From Mantamonas sphyraenae STR306 (lineage: Eukaryota; Protista; CRuMs): a stretch of DNA of 64,000 nucleotides. The notes under the pieces are model-generated. The model made no database searches. It had not been told where the DNA came from and saw only the letters and a program-made list of their open reading frames with translations. The translations under genes and the position numbers were made by a program. Below, piece by piece: positions 58,640 to 64,000 of the stretch; position 1 is the stretch's first letter, and every line of letters starts with the position of its first letter. Location of the stretch: positions 248,001 through 312,000 of the forward strand of contig JAPMXV010000004.1 of assembly GCA_026936335.1 (NCBI GenBank), written 5' to 3'.

Positions 58640-59299
58640 AATGGAGGCTGTTGTTGTTGTGTGCTCGTTGTCGTCATGTTCCATCTCCCACTCGTGAGGC
58701 TTCTGAGGCAAATCAAGCCCAGAGTCAAGGAGCTCTTGCTCGGCCTGCAGACTCTGCTCCAGTGACATGACGAGGACTGGGCGCTTGGTCTTGGATGTGG
58801 AGGAGGCTGTCTGCTTGCCTTTGTGTGCCGACTCTTGCTCCGTGTCCATGTCTGTCTGCTTGGATTTGGCCTTGGCGGAAAGGTCTCGAGAGGCGGAACT
58901 GCCCGAGGCGGTGACGACGTTGCTTGCGTACGGGTCGTCGATGCCCATGTCATTGAGCTGCTGCGCAAGTTCGTCGACCTGCCGTTGCGCCTCTTCCTTG
59001 GCGTTGATGATGTCGTTGAGCAAGGCCAGCTTCTCGACAATCTTTGCGCCGTGGTCGGGCAAGCGAGCAGCGTACTTTTCCAGTGTGGCGCTCTGTGCGA
59101 CCAACTCTGACTGCAAGGCGTCCAGACTCATGGCTTCATAGTCCGCACGGGTGGGTGTGGAGCGGTCGGGCGACGAACGGAAGGGCTGGTGGCCTTGTGT
59201 GCGGGAGACTTGGCGATTGCGTCGCGGCGTCGAACTGTTGGTCAGCGAGGACGGCCACAGGCCCTGGCGTTCGTGTTGGGGTTGCGGGGTGTAGGACAT
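58577..59299 (-). CDS. Gdown1/POLR2M-like (LPDxG) protein
   Basis: MSLDALQSELVAQSATL..RLPDHGAKI..L and VMSLEQSLQAEQE, acidic tail. Confidence 0.5.
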
Positions 59300-59372
59300 G
59301 TGTGCGTGTGACAGAGGCAGAGACAGAGAGAGGCAGCTGGGGGTTTGCGTTGGTGGAGGCAGGGGAAGAGAG

Positions 59373-60211
59373 ATGGAAGTGGAAGGTGACCGCGTGTTCA
59401 ACGACGACGAAGAGATCCTGAGCGTGGAGGACGCTGATGGGGCGGATGATGGGAAGGAAGAGATGGCGCAGGAACACGTGGACGACGGGCAGCTGGGGGA
59501 GCTGGAAGTGGACGCAGCTTTGTTGACCGGGGTGGATCAGAAGAAGGCTCACGTTGACCTTGTGCACTTTCCCACCCTGGCTGCAGAGCACCTGTTTGAC
59601 ACGGTGTCATCGAGTGGCGAGCGTACGTTGTGTCGTGTGAGCGGTGGAAGCGAACAAAGAGGGTGACGTGGCGGTTACTGACACAGTGCTGAACCCCGCC
59701 AGTGAACGACGAGCTGCTGGTGATGCTGCAGGGCATCTTTCCCACCATTCTTGCGCCAGCTCTGCAGATTCTGGACAAAGACCAGGTGGCAGAGATCCGG
59801 TGTGCCCAGAGTGGCCGTGCATTTCTGCGGGTGAGTGAAGAAAGGCTGGGAGCTGTGTGGATTCCCGAGAACAGGCACGGCAGCTCACACAACGCCCTGA
59901 CACAGGTGGAGGGTCGCTCCAGGAACGGATATTATTGTTTTGACGACTACTACTGCTCGTGTCCCTCATTTCTGTTCAACGTGGTCAACAAGGGCGAGTC
60001 TGTGTTTGTGGGTTATGCGCGAGGAAGGCGAGGTTTTGTGCAGGAAAGCACCCAGCTCACACTGCGTCCTTCACTTTCATTTGTTCAATCTACTGTACAG
60101 TGCAAACACTTGCTGGCAGTGCGTCTGGGTCGTGCGTTGGGCGTGGTGACCTCTGTGCAGGTGGACGAGGTGGAAATGGCCTCGATGTTGAGTTCGATGG
60201 CATCCACATGA
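59373..60211 (+). CDS. ZSWIM7: SWIM zinc-finger protein SWS1/ZSWIM7-like, multi-exon
   Basis: LVMLQGIFP..ALQILD, YYCSCPSF..CKHLLAVRL. Confidence 0.75.
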
Positions 60212-60232
60212 AATCCCCCATGGTTTGCTCGC

Positions 60233-61030
60233 TCACGCCGGCTTGTTGTCGTCCTCTTCTTCGTCTTGGCTCATCTCCATGTCTGCGTCCTGTGCACATT
60301 CGGGCAGTTCGGGCTCCGGCTGGTCTGCATCTGCGGCCGGATGGCCCGTCGTGGCGACGCCTTCCTCCAGCGGGGCTGCATCCTCGTCGGCGGCCTCGTT
60401 GGCGGCCTCTGCGGGCGTTGGCGAATCTGAGGATGACGAAGCACTGGCGCTGGAGGAAGATGTGGATGTGGATGTGGATGTGGAGGTGGTCGTGGCCGTG
60501 GTGGACGAGGTGGAGGCCACCTCCTTGACCATTCGTGTGCCCTGCAAGGTGACGGTGCTGCCAGCGTACATCTGGACACTGGTTTGGGCCGAATAGCCGC
60601 GGGACTCAAAGAATTCTTGGTTGGATGTTGCGCAGACAAAGCAGACCTGGTGCAGGTTTGCCGTTTGGGCCATGGCCTCGACTTTGTCGACGATGCGAAT
60701 GCCCGCTTTGTCGTTGAGCTGCGACGGGACAACAAAGGTTGCGTCGACGACGTTGCGCTCTGTGTTGATTTGTCCAAAGGCCACCAGGCGGTCGCCGAGC
60801 GAGACGACAAAGAGCTCGTTGCGTTCGAGCAGTTGTGCGTAGACGCCCGGAGGCAGGTGCTTGGCCCAGGGGTTCTCGCCTGCAGGCTCTATGTTGCGAT
60901 TGTCCTGTTCCACCTGCATGATACCCGGACTTTCCTGCTCGATGCTCATGTGCTGCAGGCACATGACGTGTATGTCCCGCACTTTGTCCAGGTCCTCCGG
61001 TTCGGCCTTGCGCGTTTGAGCATTCCCCAT
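60233..61030 (-). CDS. GNAT-fold acetyltransferase-like protein with predicted N-myristoylation
   Basis: MGNAQT start; RKAEPEDL, LVAFGQ, FVVP, FFESRGY. Confidence 0.7.
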   Translation of the reverse strand: MGNAQTRKAEPEDLDKVRDIHVMCLQHMSIEQESPGIMQVEQDNRNIEPAGENPWAKHLPPGVYAQLLERNELFVVSLGDRLVAFGQINTERNVVDATFVVPSQLNDKAGIRIVDKVEAMAQTANLHQVCFVCATSNQEFFESRGYSAQTSVQMYAGSTVTLQGTRMVKEVASTSSTTATTTSTSTSTSTSSSSASASSSSDSPTPAEAANEAADEDAAPLEEGVATTGHPAADADQPEPELPECAQDADMEMSQDEEEDDNKPA

Positions 61031-61111
61031 GGGCGATGGGCGATTGGATTGGAAGAGCCTGCGATCACATGAGCCACAAACACACACAGCTCAACAATGA
61101 TGATCAACATT

Positions 61112-62221
61112 CTATTCTCTCTTGTCCACACGCGTGGGCTCCTTACCATGCACGGCTTGGGCGGCCTCCTCTGGGTGGAAGAAGATCTTGCCGGCAAGGG
61201 GCACCAACATGCACACCCAGATTGTAAACACAAAGAAGTGGCAAGCGCCCGAAGCAAACCTGGGTTTGGGCAGAAAGAAGCGAATGATGCCCAGGACGCC
61301 CGTGGAGCCGAGGGCGAGCATGGCAGCAAGGCCGCGAGTTTTCCATGAGCTCTCGTTGGGGATCTCGTCCCAGAAGATGGCCCAGCTTGCACCAGAGACC
61401 GGGTCCTGCATGAGCGCAAGGGCAGGACGGCAGAGATAGAGTGCAGCGAGGCCACCTGCGCCGACGTGGAGACCCGAGTGACTCTGGACATTGGGCAGGT
61501 CGAGAAAGGTGAGGGGAAGGAGAAGGAGGGCAGCCATGAGGAGGACCGAGGTGAGCATGTGACGGAGGAGCTGCCACAGGGATGGCTCACGCGAAGGAAG
61601 ACCGTCGAGGAGATGGGCATTGGTGGGTTGGCGAAGTGCTGGCTGGAGGAGAAGGAGCGCCAGGCCGACAATGGCGCCGACGACGACGTCGTGGGGAAAG
61701 TGAACGGCAAGGTAGACGCGGGAGGCCATGGCAGCGAGGGAGACACCGATGGCGAGGAGGAGGGAGGGCATGTCGCGGCGCTGGCGGTAGAGGTAGCCAC
61801 CGCCGAGAACAGCGGCAAGGGAGTGGCCGCTGAAGAAGCTTGTCTCCTTGCCATAGAGACCCGTGCCGAGGCTGAGGCTTTCGTCGAGGTAGAGCGGCCG
61901 TGGGCGGTGGAAGTAGCTTTTGGTGATGGCGTTAAGGTAGTTTGCAAGGAGGAGGAGCTCAAAGAAGTCGACGCCGTGACGCATGGTGCGGCGAGAGCCC
62001 CAGGTGGCAAGCACAATGGCCACGATGAGGACCTCGAATCCCAAGCGAGTGCACAAGGTCATGACCAGGGTCAGGGCAGGCGACTTGTAGTCTGCATGCA
62101 GCTGGCGGATAAAGTCCAGGCCGTTCTGTTCGAGCGAGTCAAGCTCAAAGGTGGCTGCCATGGCCACTGCCAGGAGGGAGGCGGCAGTCAGCACGGCAGC
62201 AACGGACGGACTGTGGGACAT
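61112..62221 (-). CDS. PAP2-family lipid phosphate phosphatase
   Basis: KSYFHRPRP, SFFSGHS, SRVYLAVHFPHDV, multiple TMs. Confidence 0.9.
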   Translation of the reverse strand: MSHSPSVAAVLTAASLLAVAMAATFELDSLEQNGLDFIRQLHADYKSPALTLVMTLCTRLGFEVLIVAIVLATWGSRRTMRHGVDFFELLLLANYLNAITKSYFHRPRPLYLDESLSLGTGLYGKETSFFSGHSLAAVLGGGYLYRQRRDMPSLLLAIGVSLAAMASRVYLAVHFPHDVVVGAIVGLALLLLQPALRQPTNAHLLDGLPSREPSLWQLLRHMLTSVLLMAALLLLPLTFLDLPNVQSHSGLHVGAGGLAALYLCRPALALMQDPVSGASWAIFWDEIPNESSWKTRGLAAMLALGSTGVLGIIRFFLPKPRFASGACHFFVFTIWVCMLVPLAGKIFFHPEEAAQAVHGKEPTRVDKRE

Positions 62222-62305
62222 TTGGGGATGGGATGGAGACAGGTAGGATTGGGTGGGTGGATGTGCGGAGCGCGGGTGGAGGCAAAGCGACAGCACGACA
62301 CAGAC

Positions 62306-64000
62306 ATGGAGTGGCAACGGCAAATGATGCACAACAACGAGGAGTTGCGCGACTTTATGCGCGACATGTCGCAGTGGGAAGAGCAGATGGAGGCAAAGGA
62401 TGCAGCGTTGCGGACGGCGGAAAAGCCGAGCCAGGATGTGCGTTTCTGATCGGTGGAAAGTGGTGGGATCACAAAGCGCATACTGACGCCATTGGGAGAC
62501 CCTGCGGAACACCGGGGACGGTCGTGTTGTTCGGGAATGCACACATACACGTGCAACACACCGGATTTGGAATGGATGGACCCCTGGATGCGTGTGGGTG
62601 GAACACTGGAATCGGGAACGCGCGCAGAAGCTGCCGCCGGTACGAGGAAAGGGCCAGACACGGAGTGAACGACAAGCGACAGCACGGAGCGAGACGTCGG
62701 ACAGCAACAAGGGAGGAGGAGCAAAGGGGGAGGGCAAAGAGCAGGAGGAGGCCCAGCATGTGACGAAGCTGGACGACAAACCGCGGATCTCGTCGTACGA
62801 CTACGATGCGTGGGCAAGCTACGATGTGGTAGGTGTGGAATCAACATCATCAGCAGGAGAGGATGGAGAACATTATGGGAGAGAGGTAACTGACACAGCG
62901 GGAGCATCATACACGTTGCAGGACAAGGCTCTGAAAGATCTGGACGAGAAGGACGCACCGCAGGCAAGCAGCGGCGGCGTGCGCAAGGCTCCGCGGAAAA
63001 AGGTGGTGGATGCAGGGAGCGAAAAGGCACGGGGCAACGAATTCTTCAAGCGGGGACAGTACGCGCAGGCTGTGGAATGTTACAGCAGCAGCCTGGAGCT
63101 GGGACCGGAGCAGCCGGCGATTGTTTACGCAAACCGGGCTCAGGCGTACATCAAAATGGAGGCATACGAACAGGCGGAAGCAGACGCGCACCGTGCGGTG
63201 GAGGAGGATCCGACGTATGTCAAGGGGTGGGCCAGGCGTGCACATGCGCGCAAGGGCCTCCGCAAGTACGCCGAGGCGCTGGAGGACTTTGAGCACGTGC
63301 GTGGACTCAAGCCTAACGACGCAGACACACGCAAGCAAATCCGACAGCTGCGTGCATTGCTGCCGAGCCACGGGGCTGGCAGCAAGGTTCCAGAGCGGCC
63401 TCGGCGCAAGATTGCCATTGAGGAGGTGGAAGAGGACGAGGAGGACGAGGAGGTGGTTGTGGAGTTGAACTCCACGACAAACAACACAACAAAGAGTGTG
63501 ACGACAAGCACGTCACCAAGCTCGGGTGGAGGACGAGTGCAAAGCGTGAAGCCGCGTCGCAAAATGGCGATTGAAGAGGTGGAGGGGGATGACGATGATG
63601 ATGAGGAGGAGGTGGCCCTCCAAGCGTCACCGTCACCAAAGGCTCAGGACACACAGCGCAAGAGTGGTGGGAATCGTGTGCTTATCGAAGAGGTCAGCAG
63701 CGAGGGAGAAGAAGCCGAGGGAGAAGCAGCGGGCCACAGCAGCAGTAGCAGCAGCAGCAATGGAGCCAAGAGCAGCAGTGCAGATGTACAAACGGCCAAG
63801 GCGCTGGCAGCAGCCAAGGCGAAGCGTGCGGCAGAGGCAGAGGTGAAGGAGGCGGCAGCGGGAAAGACGGCGGGTGGCAGCGGGAAGAAGGGCAAGAAGA
63901 GCAAGAAAAAGAGCAGCAGTGGAGTGAGCAACAAGGCACCGATGAGCAGCATGAAGTTTGTCAAGACGTGGAATGCGCTGGAGGGCGACACAGAGAAGCA
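62306..64000 (+). CDS. RPAP3: RPAP3 (R2TP TPR co-chaperone), 3' truncated by the window
   Basis: QMMHNNEELRDFMRDMSQWE, KLPPVR, RISSYDYDAWASYDV, TPR EKARGNEFFKRGQY..ANRAQAY. Confidence 0.8.

Noticed and set aside
1-64000. tRNA, rRNA or spliceosomal snRNA genes
   Set aside because: No recognisable signatures seen by eye; tRNAscan/cmscan would be needed to exclude them

Overview
Very compact, GC-rich eukaryotic (protist-like) nuclear DNA. It holds about 35 spliceosomal-intron-containing genes, mostly in head-to-head pairs 50-90 bp apart and tail-to-tail pairs that touch or overlap. Housekeeping genes include RPL5, NOG2, eIF3L, KMO, a USP4/15-like protease, LSM2, TFB5, a tyrosine phosphatase, a C2-RasGAP, RPAP3 and others. 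The standout is a ~6.6 kb accessory block (~48.3-55.0 kb) inserted between a Tubby-like gene and TFB5. It encodes what reconstructs as one spliced ~1,860-aa protein with three parts: an N-terminal XPG/FEN1-type PIN nuclease, a Fanzor/TnpB-type RuvC + Zn-finger nuclease with the D-E-D triad intact, and a C-terminal CHZ-like histone H2A-H2B chaperone motif. No transposase is recognisable. Other points of note are a mitochondrion-targeted short rubrerythrin, a TTLL ligase with a signal peptide, a Gdown1-like protein, structured long introns (snoRNA candidates), and several +1 homopolymer frameshifts that look like assembly errors. All calls are by-eye motif recognition; no database searches were run.
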